Shown in pieces: positions 55,001 through 64,000 of a DNA stretch of 64,000 nucleotides. Location: contig NC_092676.1 of NCBI RefSeq assembly GCF_964355755.1, positions 19,672,871-19,736,870 of the forward strand, given 5' to 3'. Source of the stretch: Antedon mediterranea (lineage: Eukaryota > Animalia > Echinodermata). Position 1 is the stretch's first letter. Each line of letters starts with the position of its first letter. Position numbers and translations under genes: made by a program. The notes beneath the pieces were generated by a model. That model searched no databases and was not told the DNA's origin. It worked only from the letters and a program-made list of their open reading frames with translations.

Positions 55001-55830
55001 TATAGCACAATTGACATGCGCAGAACCCATTATTCGCCTCTGCGCATGTTTATTATACTATAGTAACCATTTATGTCAAAAAATAAAAGGGTCGAAAATC
55101 GGTTATTATTCGCAAATTTTCCTGTATATAGTACAGGGATTTTTTTTCGAAAAATGGCCAAAATATCCACTTTTTAAAATCCAATAATTATGTGATAATA
55201 TTGCCATATATGCGCATATATTGTGTTATTAGCATCTTATAGAGCCATAGTAACTAGTTATGTCAACAAATAAAAGGGTCGAAAATTGACCATTTTTTCA
55301 TCTACTATATAGTACAGGGAATTTTTTTGAAAAACTGTCAATATATCTACTTTTTAAAATTGAATAATTATGCGATAATATTGCCATATATACGCATATA
55401 TTGTGTTATTATCATCTTATAGCGCTATGATAACTAGTTATTTTTATATATATTATGTATCTACTACTAATAATAATAATTTTCTTTTGTAGCGCTTAAC
55501 CAAAATACATTTTCTCGAAACAAGGTTCTCCTAAATCAAATTGTAAAAAGAAAATGAAGAACAGCCACAAACATTGGAAATAACTTCATGACTGGAAAAT
55601 ACGGACAAAAAAATTGATAGTAAAGTTAGGGCAATACTTTACACTATTTTGTACCAGGTAGTAAAACAAACTTACCAATCAATCGATTCACCTTTTGGTA
55701 GAAGTCCAGCTAATAATCCTACAATGAGTATCGTTATCAGGCATACAACTCCGAGTATTACGCAGTTCTTGTATTGTATAAAGTAACCCTTTTCAGTATC
55801 TTTATCATGTATTTCGTGCTTAGATTCCAT
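34857..55830 (-). CDS. Type II membrane M1 zinc aminopeptidase (aminopeptidase N / TRH-degrading ectoenzyme-like), ~951 aa
   Basis: 18 coding exons (high-low): 55830-55676, 53061-52639, 52524-52251, 51790-51670, 51542-51388, 51130-51017, 48551-48417, 47852-47721, 47257-47070, 46798-46713, 38799-38666, 38150-37947, 37640-37567, 37332-37222, 37053-36886, 36100-35960, 35480-35399, 35015-34857; 2856 nt in frame. N-terminal TM helix, [68 protein letters not shown]. Confidence 0.95.
35645..35974 (+). pseudogene. Duplicated copy of cassette B terminal exon start, with acceptor, inside a peptidase intron
   Basis: 35645-35922 aligns by eye with 27431-27692 (tattttattctag...caaagatgttctaccatattttttacc..gataaaattcaactgagtcc..gagaccattg). 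Confidence 0.85.
36250..36955. repeat. ~150-bp tandem repeat x ~4.5 made of a peptidase exon 3' end, donor site and intron start
   Basis: Unit includes gccatgacaactct(a/g)tgacgtctggacaataattgatcactta..gtgctaagtgcccaagg..gctacaggat..gtaggttat..ttcactagcta; period ~147-152. Confidence 0.9.
41890..44251 (+). pseudogene. Spliced THAP-domain Kolobok transposase, frameshifted and internally deleted
   Basis: THAP: CMAFGC..FHRLP..W..RVCSDHF, then a frameshift, then LKPNAVP. Catalytic-domain pieces [56 protein letters not shown] in exons 43369-43594, 43757-43903, 43998-44251. Confidence 0.85.
44787..45336 (-). pseudogene. KolX protein with P2X7 C-terminal ballast-like Cys-rich domain (two frameshifts)
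   Basis: QPYQLEP..WCQCRRC / [26 protein letters not shown] / [40 protein letters not shown]. Confidence 0.85.
47554..47703. mobile_element. MITE family A copy
   Basis: ctacactatcaaactttatgtg... core ...ctgtggacagag. Confidence 0.65.
48630..50840. repeat. Complex satellite-like repeat (~150-250-bp modules), interrupted by a LINE
   Basis: Recurrent tagtaac(c/t)agttatgtcaacaaataaaagggtcgaaaattggc..tagtacagggatttttt..ttgccatatatgcgcatatattgtgttatt modules. Confidence 0.8.
49378..50451 (-). mobile_element. 5'-truncated L1/Tx1-type non-LTR retrotransposon
   Basis: TSD tataataactagtta (49363-49377 and 50452-50466); poly(A) seen as a T-run at 49378; minus-strand ORF2 C-terminus [39 protein letters not shown] (CCHC knuckle). 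Confidence 0.85.
53157..55445. repeat. Second block of the same complex repeat, with internally inverted modules
   Basis: Starts with a copy of 48745 onward; modules catgcgcagaacccattattcg / atagtaacca switch orientation near 53850 and 54930. Confidence 0.85.
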
Positions 55831-57489
55831 GCCGGTACCTTAAAATATTAATACAATTTCAACTTAATCTAATATTAGGCCTACAGTACATTATAAACTT
55901 TATGCTATCGTAAATCATTTTATTTGGAATACATATGAGATTGTTCTTTTCTGACTTTTGACATCAACCTCTAACATTTCATGTGATTTGTAGATTTCAT
56001 TTTGAAACTTTACAGCCAACTGTAATTTATTGTAACATGGCCACAGGTGTTTGTACGCTTGGGCTATTGCTTAAAGCGAGTGGGTCATTAAAAAAAAGGA
56101 AAAACGCATTCTTAACAACATTTTTCAATATTAGACAAGAATATTTCTTACAAAAAACGCTGCTCGCTTATTGTTATTGCTAAGGTCAAGTCTGGGGGTC
56201 ACTTCATCACGCCTAGATACTTCAAGTAGTGAATTATAGTAATATCATGGGACTCATAAATACCAGAAATGCTTTGGGATTTGTCATTAGACTCTTTTCC
56301 CAGCCGTTTTTTGGATTCAACAGGTGGTACCTATAAATTATAGTCGAGTTTCCATTTTAACAAAAATGTCAAAGTGTAGTACTATACTGCTGCTTGATTT
56401 TATCTAATGAATGAGTCATCTCGTGTGACGTAGCGGACTAGAGCAGCAGCGTGAAAATAAAATTAGGAAGAGTGAGATCACTCTTGGAAAAATACAGTTA
56501 ATTCTAAAAGAAAATAACCGAAAGCGCCATACCAAACATATCTGATCTATGAAGCCAATCAATAGTTGTTTTTAAAGAAATGGAACATTCCTTAAGGGGA
56601 AATTTTACTATTATTATTCACTTTTATAAACATTTAGAATTCAATCCATCAATAAAACATGGGAAAAACAAATATTCCGACAATGAATAGGCATATCAAT
56701 AATTTCTATCTAGTTGATCGGGCATTGGCCTATATAAATTAGGCTAATGTTTTTTTATTTAACATCTAATATTTAAAAATATTACCTATCCTATCCTGTA
56801 ACAACTTACTAGTATATAAAACAATAAATATCTAATCTAATCATTATCCATAATGTAATCTATTTTATACCGTCAACAGTCAGTTATAATGTATAGCGTT
56901 TCTTAGACGATGTGTAAGCCAATCATCATCATAGTTCCAGGGTTTCCTTATTCCGAGTGTATTCCCATGGTATTCCACGTTAATCATTGTGCATGCCTAC
57001 TGTAAAACTCATTGACATAACATATACTGTATTATGATAATGTGGAAACAGCCAGAAGGTACGGTATATATAAGTAGGCCTACATTACTTTCAGTATTTA
57101 ACCCTCATATAGGCCTAAAGGTTCCTTTTCTTACCTTATCAAAATAAACCTCCGGTAAATCACAAAAGTACAATCAGAAAACGGTAATTTCTAAATTTTG
57201 ACTTCACAAGTGCAATCAAACATGCTAATGGGGTGCACTTTGAATTCACTTAAAGCGATTTAAGCATATTTGTAAAGCGATAGGTTTGAGGTCGAACGAG
57301 TTAAAAACAACTTAACGACAAACCAGATGGTATACTTCTCTACTGAGGCCCAGTAATAGGACTGTATATGAAATGTAGTGGATAGAACCTAGTAATTGTT
57401 TGAAAAGTATTAATTTAAGGTTATTGTGCTGCCCTCGATAACGGTCGCGTCTACTAGACAGCCAGATAACCAAATAAGACCAATTTGCA

Positions 57490-57741
57490 CAGTGGCTGTG
57501 TGTGACAGTGGCTGTGTTTGTGTGGACTAGTACACCGGGGTACTACTCGTCTCGAAAGATGTACTAGTACTAGGTTCTTTAAAGTGCACATGAGCTATGT
57601 GTACACTGGACCTACGGTTTATAGTCCTTATCCGAGAAGACTCGTTCTACCACCAGAACCATGGTGGAGCGAGTGAGCCTCGAACCCTTGCCGATGTTAT
57701 GGCTACGTAATTACGGTTCTTAACCGCTCGGCCACTCACTC
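57490..57741 (-). mobile_element. tRNA-derived SINE (Meta-domain-like core)
   Basis: Minus strand: box A tggccgagcgg, box B ggttcgaggc, then tcttctcggataaggactataaaccgtaggtcc, resembling the Meta core as recalled. Confidence 0.72.
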
Positions 57742-58747
57742 AATAAGACACTAGATGTACATATAGTTAGAGTTTCGTTACTAACGTTTATTATGCGTCG
57801 TATCGTAGTATATTATATTGGTAAAACTGTGGAGGATTACAAAGAAAAACATTATCTAGACTACATTAAAAATGGCAATACAGCGTATAAACATTGTATT
57901 TAGTTGTTTAAGCAAAAAAGGTAACGTAATTATTCTAATAAAAACCTAAATTAATTAATATCTTTAATAGCGATACTGTACTCTTTAATTAATATAACAT
58001 TTCAACAAAGGTATAGGCATCAATGGTACAATTATGCCTATGCATTAAGACTAGGAATGAATTAAACATCGTCTTTGACTAAAGACTGTAATTAAGATAG
58101 ATACTGTACATATATAGCCAGTACTATAAAGTAGTAACTTGATTAAATAGTATATATGGACCTATATATGGCCTAATTAAAAGTTAAAATAACAACTATA
58201 AATTAACATGTACTCACACACTGTGATTCTCAAATAGAGGCACGTCAAAGATATAAAAAGAAATGAAACTTGTAAACGAAAAGCATATAAAAGCTTGTAC
58301 TTCTCTCAGTGAATGCTACTGTATTACTAATACAGTACTTTATACTGTACAATGTATTAATGCATTGGAATGTCCAAATCTAAACAAGTGCCTTACATGA
58401 TAATACAGTGTGGTACCCAGAGGTCAAAACTAGGAGTAACCATGGTAACAATTAAAGTACATTTTTAAGGAAATTTATTTGGAGACAAAATAGTTATCGA
58501 AATCAAATTAATGTTCAATTAAGGGCGGGGTAGGAATATGTGATGTTATGCAACGTAGAATAATCGGGTTATACATAAATATAAATAAGCACAAAACGAG
58601 TGACATTAACCTAAAATTAATTTGATTTTTTAAAAGTTGAATTTAAACGAGCCTACGTCATTGAAAAAAGTTAAATGCAGGCGAAGAGTATCTTTCGAGG
58701 ATTTAGAAAGGTCATTCCATGTTTTAGTTCTTGATATAACAAAAACA

Positions 58748-59886
58748 TACGAAAGCCCATTAATGCCATTTTAAGTATATGTTTTTCGAACGTAATCCGT
58801 TCTAACGAATTAGTAATTCGTTTGAACGGATTAATAATCTGTTCAAACGAATTAGTAATCCGTTCAAACGAATTACAACATATACAACAAGTGCTATTTA
58901 AAGTATATGTTGTAATTCGTTTGAACGGATTACTAATCCGTTCAAACAAATTACTAATTTGTTTAAACGGATTACTAATTTGTTCAAACGGATTACTAAT
59001 CCGTTCAAACGAATTACTAATTTGTTTAAACGGATTACTAATTCGTTCAAACGAATTACTAATTTGTTTAAACGGATTATTAATCCGTTCAAATGAATTA
59101 CTAATTCGTTCAAACGAATTAGTAATCCGTTTAAACGAATTAATAATTTGTTTAAACAAATTAACAATTTATTTAAACGGATTACTAATCTGTTTGAACA
59201 AATTAGTAATTCGTTTGAACGAATTAGTAATCCGTTTAAACAAATTATTAATTTGTTATAATTTGTTTAAACAAATTAATAATTTGTTCAAACGGATTAC
59301 TAATTCGTTAGAACGAATTAGTAATTCGTTTGAACAAATTACTAATCCGTTTAAACAAATTACTAATCCGTTTGAACGGATTCCTAATTCGTTTTAACAG
59401 ATTATTAATCTGTTTAAACAAATTAGTAATTCGTTTAAACAAATTAGTAATTCGTTTGAACGGATTAGTAATCCGTTCGAACGAATTACAACATATTCTT
59501 TAAATGGCACTTGTTGTATATGTTGCAATTGGTTTGAACGGATTACTAATTCGTTTGAACAGATTACTAATCCGTTCAAACGAATTACTAATTTGTTTAA
59601 ACAGATTAATAATCTGTTCAAACGAATTAGGAATCCGTCCAAACGGATTAGTAATTTGTTTAAACGGATTACTAATTTGTTTAAACGAATTACTAATTTG
59701 TTTAAACAAATTACTAATTTGTTTAAACGGATTACTAATTCGTTCAAACGAATTACTAATTCGTTCAAACAGATTAGTAATCCGTTTAAACAAATTGTTA
59801 ATTTGTTTAAACAAATTATTAATTTGTTTAAATGGATTACTAATTCGTTTGAACAAATTAATAATCCGTTTAAACAAATTATTAAC
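58748..59886. repeat. Quasi-palindromic 21-bp tandem array with an inverted spacer (foldback-like element)
   Basis: Unit ~ttcaaacgaattactaatccg; spacer 58871-58916 reappears inverted at ~59484-59530. Confidence 0.9.
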
Positions 59887-60625
59887 AAGATATATTAAAA
59901 GTAATTAAATATTAAGAACTCGCATACAGGTACACATAGTTCCATCCACTATTACGCGTACGCCTACTTCTCTTGTCCACATTCTTAGACGACCGCCTCG
60001 GTCGTAAATTCACTTATTTCATTTAGGAGTTCATCTCAGCAGCACAAAATAAACCGACCCATTTTTCTTGGGTATCTTTTTCTTTACATTAGGTTTTTCA
60101 CCTTGTTTTTTATCCAATTCTGGTGAATAACTACAGTAATAATGTGATATTAAAAAGGCCTATTCAACCAAACAATTTATAAACATTATTGATTCAGTTA
60201 TTTTATTGTTAATTCATCGTTAAGGAATGTGTGTAATTTTGGTTCTACAAAAATACATTATGGCTTGCCAAATTAAGTAGCATTTTGTCAAGATAAAATA
60301 AAATGTTTTTTTACTAAATGGATTTTACATTGAACACCACAATAAGACAACGATTTGTATATGTTACAAAGTTTATTCAATCTAATACTTTTCAATTTAA
60401 TTAATTATTTGTGTGCAGCAAAGATTGTTTTTTAATTTATTTTGTTAATGATTAAACACGCAATATTTTGAGTAAGGACAAAAATACTGACGATAAGAAA
60501 TGGTTGACGCTAGAAAATGTATTGAATTATTCACAGACTATCAATTATCCGTACATTACAGAATATTAAAGTAATTAATTAGCAGACACAGTTTTATGAA
60601 CAATCTAAACCATTTACAAAATTAA

Positions 60626-60778
60626 TGCTGGTTTCCCACTAGAGACGCAAAAAAAGGACGTAGACGCAACGCAATTCATTTGATTAATAACAATCGACTG
60701 ACCGAATAATCCATCGCTTGTGATAGATCAAATTGCGTTTACATCTTTGTGTTGCGTCCCCGTGGGAACCAAGAATTA
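60626..60778. mobile_element. Hairpin MITE family B (second copy ~61218-61362)
   Basis: ggtttcccactagagacgcaa ... ttgcgtccccgtgggaacc; shared cgcaacgcaa..tgaccaatcac / gtgattggtca..ttgcg core. Confidence 0.65.
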
Positions 60779-62153
60779 AAACTGAACAATGAATCAAATT
60801 ACGTAACGAAATTCTTGCACAATATGCAAAAGTATATCGTACATGTTATCTGGCTAGACTATAAATTAGAGATCAATGCAACTACTGCATAATCGGTCAG
60901 TTAAAATTCTGTTTTATAAAGATGAGGCATATTTATGAAGTAGCTTGCCAATAAAGTTTACATTTGTAGGTTGAAAAGATAAAATGACTAAAGTATCTAC
61001 ATTATTAAAACTAATACAATACACTTGATCGAGGATATGACTGATATTTAAATGTATTGGATAACTATTCACTTCACTGCATTAGGTCTGTAGGCCTACT
61101 AGATTACTAGTACTGTACTGTTTATACTGAGGAATTTTCTTAATAAAAAAATTTAATCAATTTTACCAATTAACATTGGTTAAATTACATTGCATGTACA
61201 TCCTTATAGTGGAAACAAGCTTAGTTTGCATTTTGACACGACGTAAAACCAGCGCAACGCAAGTAAGTTGACCAATCACAAGCGGCAGTTCAAATGATCC
61301 ACCGCGTCGTGATTGGTCAAATTACTTGCGGTGCGGTTGCGTCCAAGTATTAGGGAAACAGGATCAAACTGATTTGATACCTTTAAAGCTTCCATGGGTG
61401 TATGCATTTGGCCTACTAGGTGTAAAGGTACCAGTGAATATTGTCTGCACTGTGGAGACCGAGATTCCTATATGCGCTTTTAAAAATATTTTATTCCCAT
61501 TTTTACATAAATTATACAGAGAATTACCTATCATATGTGACATTCAGAAATATTATTAGGATTAAAGGAGTACAGTATTAATTAAACTAGTTTTGGGAAA
61601 TTGTATCCAGTTACAAATTAATTAAGTTATGAAATTAGGTCTAGATATCTAATAATTAGATTACGCACTTGGAAGCTTTCTCAAGACTGTAGTCTAGATA
61701 ATCAGGTCTTTACACTAAAGAAAACTACACATGTTTGCATTGAACACATCTTGTTAAGATGTCACTGCCTAGTGTTACCATATCTAGTCGATCCAACTGA
61801 GAACAGCACATATGCTTACTGTTATCTGTTAAGCAGTATGTTCTATTTTGTAGATACTTTCCTTTTATTACACCTATCCTTTGTCTGTTGGCTTATTTAC
61901 AGCACCTTTTGCACTCCATACTTAAGTTACATAGGATCAGTTAGTCATTCAGTATCGTCGATAAGCTCTTGGCGAACGAGATCTGTGGAGGTAACGAAAA
62001 CAAACCTACAAATCTTGTATCTCTAACTCTTGTTAATTAATTTTGTATTAATAAATTACCAAAATAAATATAAATTAGATTCAAGTTACAAAATATGATG
62101 ATTAAAAAGTAAATTGCACTTTTGTGGAATTTATTGGACAATATTCAGGTGAC

Positions 62154-63718
62154 CTACCTTGATCGTCCTCTGCGCTTCTTACCGGACCTCTCTGACCTGG
62201 AACGAGAATCCTCAGAGGAGCTACCATCTGAGCTTCTATCCCGTCGGTACCGTTTCTTCTTTGAATCTCTCGGTGATTTTTTATCGTGTTTCCGAGATTT
62301 GCTAGTCTCTCTTTCATCAGAAAAAGAATCTGAATCTTCACGTTTCTTTTTTTTACTCTTCTTTAAAACTTTTTTATCGTTCCTGCTATCATCACTGTCT
62401 GATTGTACCTGCTTAGTATCAAATAGGCTTTCATTAGAACTACTAGAACTATCTACATATTTTGACCCACCCTTTCCATTCACCCCTGAACTAGAACTTT
62501 CTCGGCTACTTGAGCTACTCTTTCGTCGTTTTTCCTTTTTTATTTCCCTACTCTTTGATCGATTACGCCTTCTGTCCCTTCTATCATTTTTTTCTTCTCT
62601 GCTGCGTGACCTTTTTCTTCTGTCCCTACTACGCGACCTACTGTGTCTTCCTCTATCCCTATCATAAGACCTACTATGCTTTTGATCTTTTCTCCTATCT
62701 CTACTTCTTGACCTTCGTTCCCTACTATGTGACCTACTGTCTTTCCTATTGCTCCGTTCTTTACTTTTTGAACGCCCCCTTTTATGTCTTTTTTCTCTAC
62801 TTGGTGACCTACTCCCTCTACTTTTATCTCTACTTTTAGAACGGCTTTTCTGTTTCCTGTTTTTATAATCCCGGCTCTCTCTCCTACTCCTAGAATCTTC
62901 AACACTAGTAGACCTCTCCCGTTTGCGTCTGTCATCCTTTGAAGGACTTTGATGTCGGCTCTTCTTCTTGCGATCCTTTTTTCTATCACTTTTCTCTTTG
63001 CTTCTTGATCTGTTCTTTTTACTTTTCCGCTTATTTTGTTCTTTAGATTTTCCATCTTTATTCTCCAAATTTTTCTCCTTGTCTTTGTATTTTTCCTTAG
63101 CAATATCTTTAGTCTCCAGAAATGGAATTGTATCAGTATTACTAGGATTAAATAATTTTTTATTAATTTTATCTTCTATCTCTTGCTGTTGACGAAATCT
63201 TTCTTCTTCTGCTTCTTGTGCCATTCCTGAAGACACAAGTATATTAGTTTTAATGGATTTTAAAAACTAAAGAATGCCACATTAAAAAGGAAGCAATCAA
63301 GTCTCAAATAAGCCTTGCACAATGTGATTACTTTTTGATTGCCAGAATTAATAAGTCTTCATACTTCCTGGTTACAAAACAATTTAAACCACGATTTTAT
63401 AGATTATTTGTATTGTATTAAATATACTGTACATTGTGCTGTGACAGAGACACTTTTTGGTGGATTCTAAACACAAAGAGACACTTGTTGATGGAAGTTC
63501 TGTCCAAACCAGTCTTCACTTCAACCTTGATCACTTATAGGTAATCTATACTAATAAGAACTTACTATGTTCAAGAATTTTTTCTTTCCATGCCCTTTGT
63601 TTTCTTCTAATACTTAATTGTAGTTCTTCGTCACTTGTTTCATCACCACTGTCTGACTTGGTTTCTTTCTTGGCTTCATCTCCACTTTCATCACTGCTAC
63701 TGATGTAGTCTCCGGTAA
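62154..63718 (-). CDS. PNISR: Arginine/serine-rich protein PNISR (SFRS18), last two coding exons
   Basis: Exons 63718-63566 and 63226-62154 join in frame. SDSGDETSDEELQLSIRRKQRAWKEK resembles PNISR SDTDDEELRHRIRQKQEAFWRKEK; long RS tail ends SRSRSERSGKKRRGRSR*. Confidence 0.75.
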
Positions 63719-64000
63719 CTACAATGCAAGAAGATAATACTTCAGATTAAATATAAACGAGATATGAGTGGAAAATATTAGATGAAAGGAGATGAAGAGA
63801 AAATATTAGATTATTGGGACTATTACGATAAAAGCCAGAAAACCAACAGGATTGTGGAGGCACAGTAAGTAGGAAGGAGACTGGAAAAAAAGATTCATTT
63901 TTGGATATGTGATGTCAATGTAACATGTAAAGAAACAGTCCATAAGTCCACTAATAAGTTTGACAACAAAACAAACTCCAAAAAAATGAAGCAAATCATT

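Noticed and set aside
53489-55187. Repeated ORFs '[18 protein letters not shown]'
   Set aside because: Translations of repeat modules in both orientations inside an intron.
57640-57741. tRNA gene (also weak box-B hits at ~17265-17320 and ~47920-47970)
   Set aside because: No cloverleaf; A/B boxes run into a SINE body or are degraded SINE heads.
58671-59908. Long leucine-rich or coiled-coil-looking ORFs on both strands
   Set aside because: By-products of a palindromic 21-bp repeat; no splice or domain support.
62122-63192. Plus-strand S/L/F-rich ORFs (also 7764-8117 minus and 29900-30152 plus)
   Set aside because: Antisense shadows of low-complexity K/R/E/D-rich coding exons.

Overview
AT-rich (invertebrate animal, plausibly echinoderm-like; inferred) genomic window with spliced genes and many transposons. 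In order: the 3' half of DDX10 (+); a + strand gene joining a CaRF/ALS2CR8-type zinc DNA-binding domain in frame to a PIG3/TP53I3-like NADPH quinone oxidoreductase; a degraded AcademX DNA transposon; an 18-coding-exon membrane-anchored M1 aminopeptidase (-); and the 3' end of PNISR (-). The CaRF-oxidoreductase locus is the standout: exons 3-10 exist as two diverged, fully open, phase-matched tandem cassettes, while exons 1-2 exist once, implying two alternative transcription factor-oxidoreductase isoforms (844 aa with a Q-rich tail; 640 aa without). The peptidase carries pyroglutamyl-peptidase-II-type residues, and its introns hold a Kolobok nested in a Kolobok (THAP-transposase plus P2X7-ballast-like KolX), a 5'-truncated LINE with TSD, and complex repeats. 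All family assignments come from motif recognition by eye; no database searches were run.
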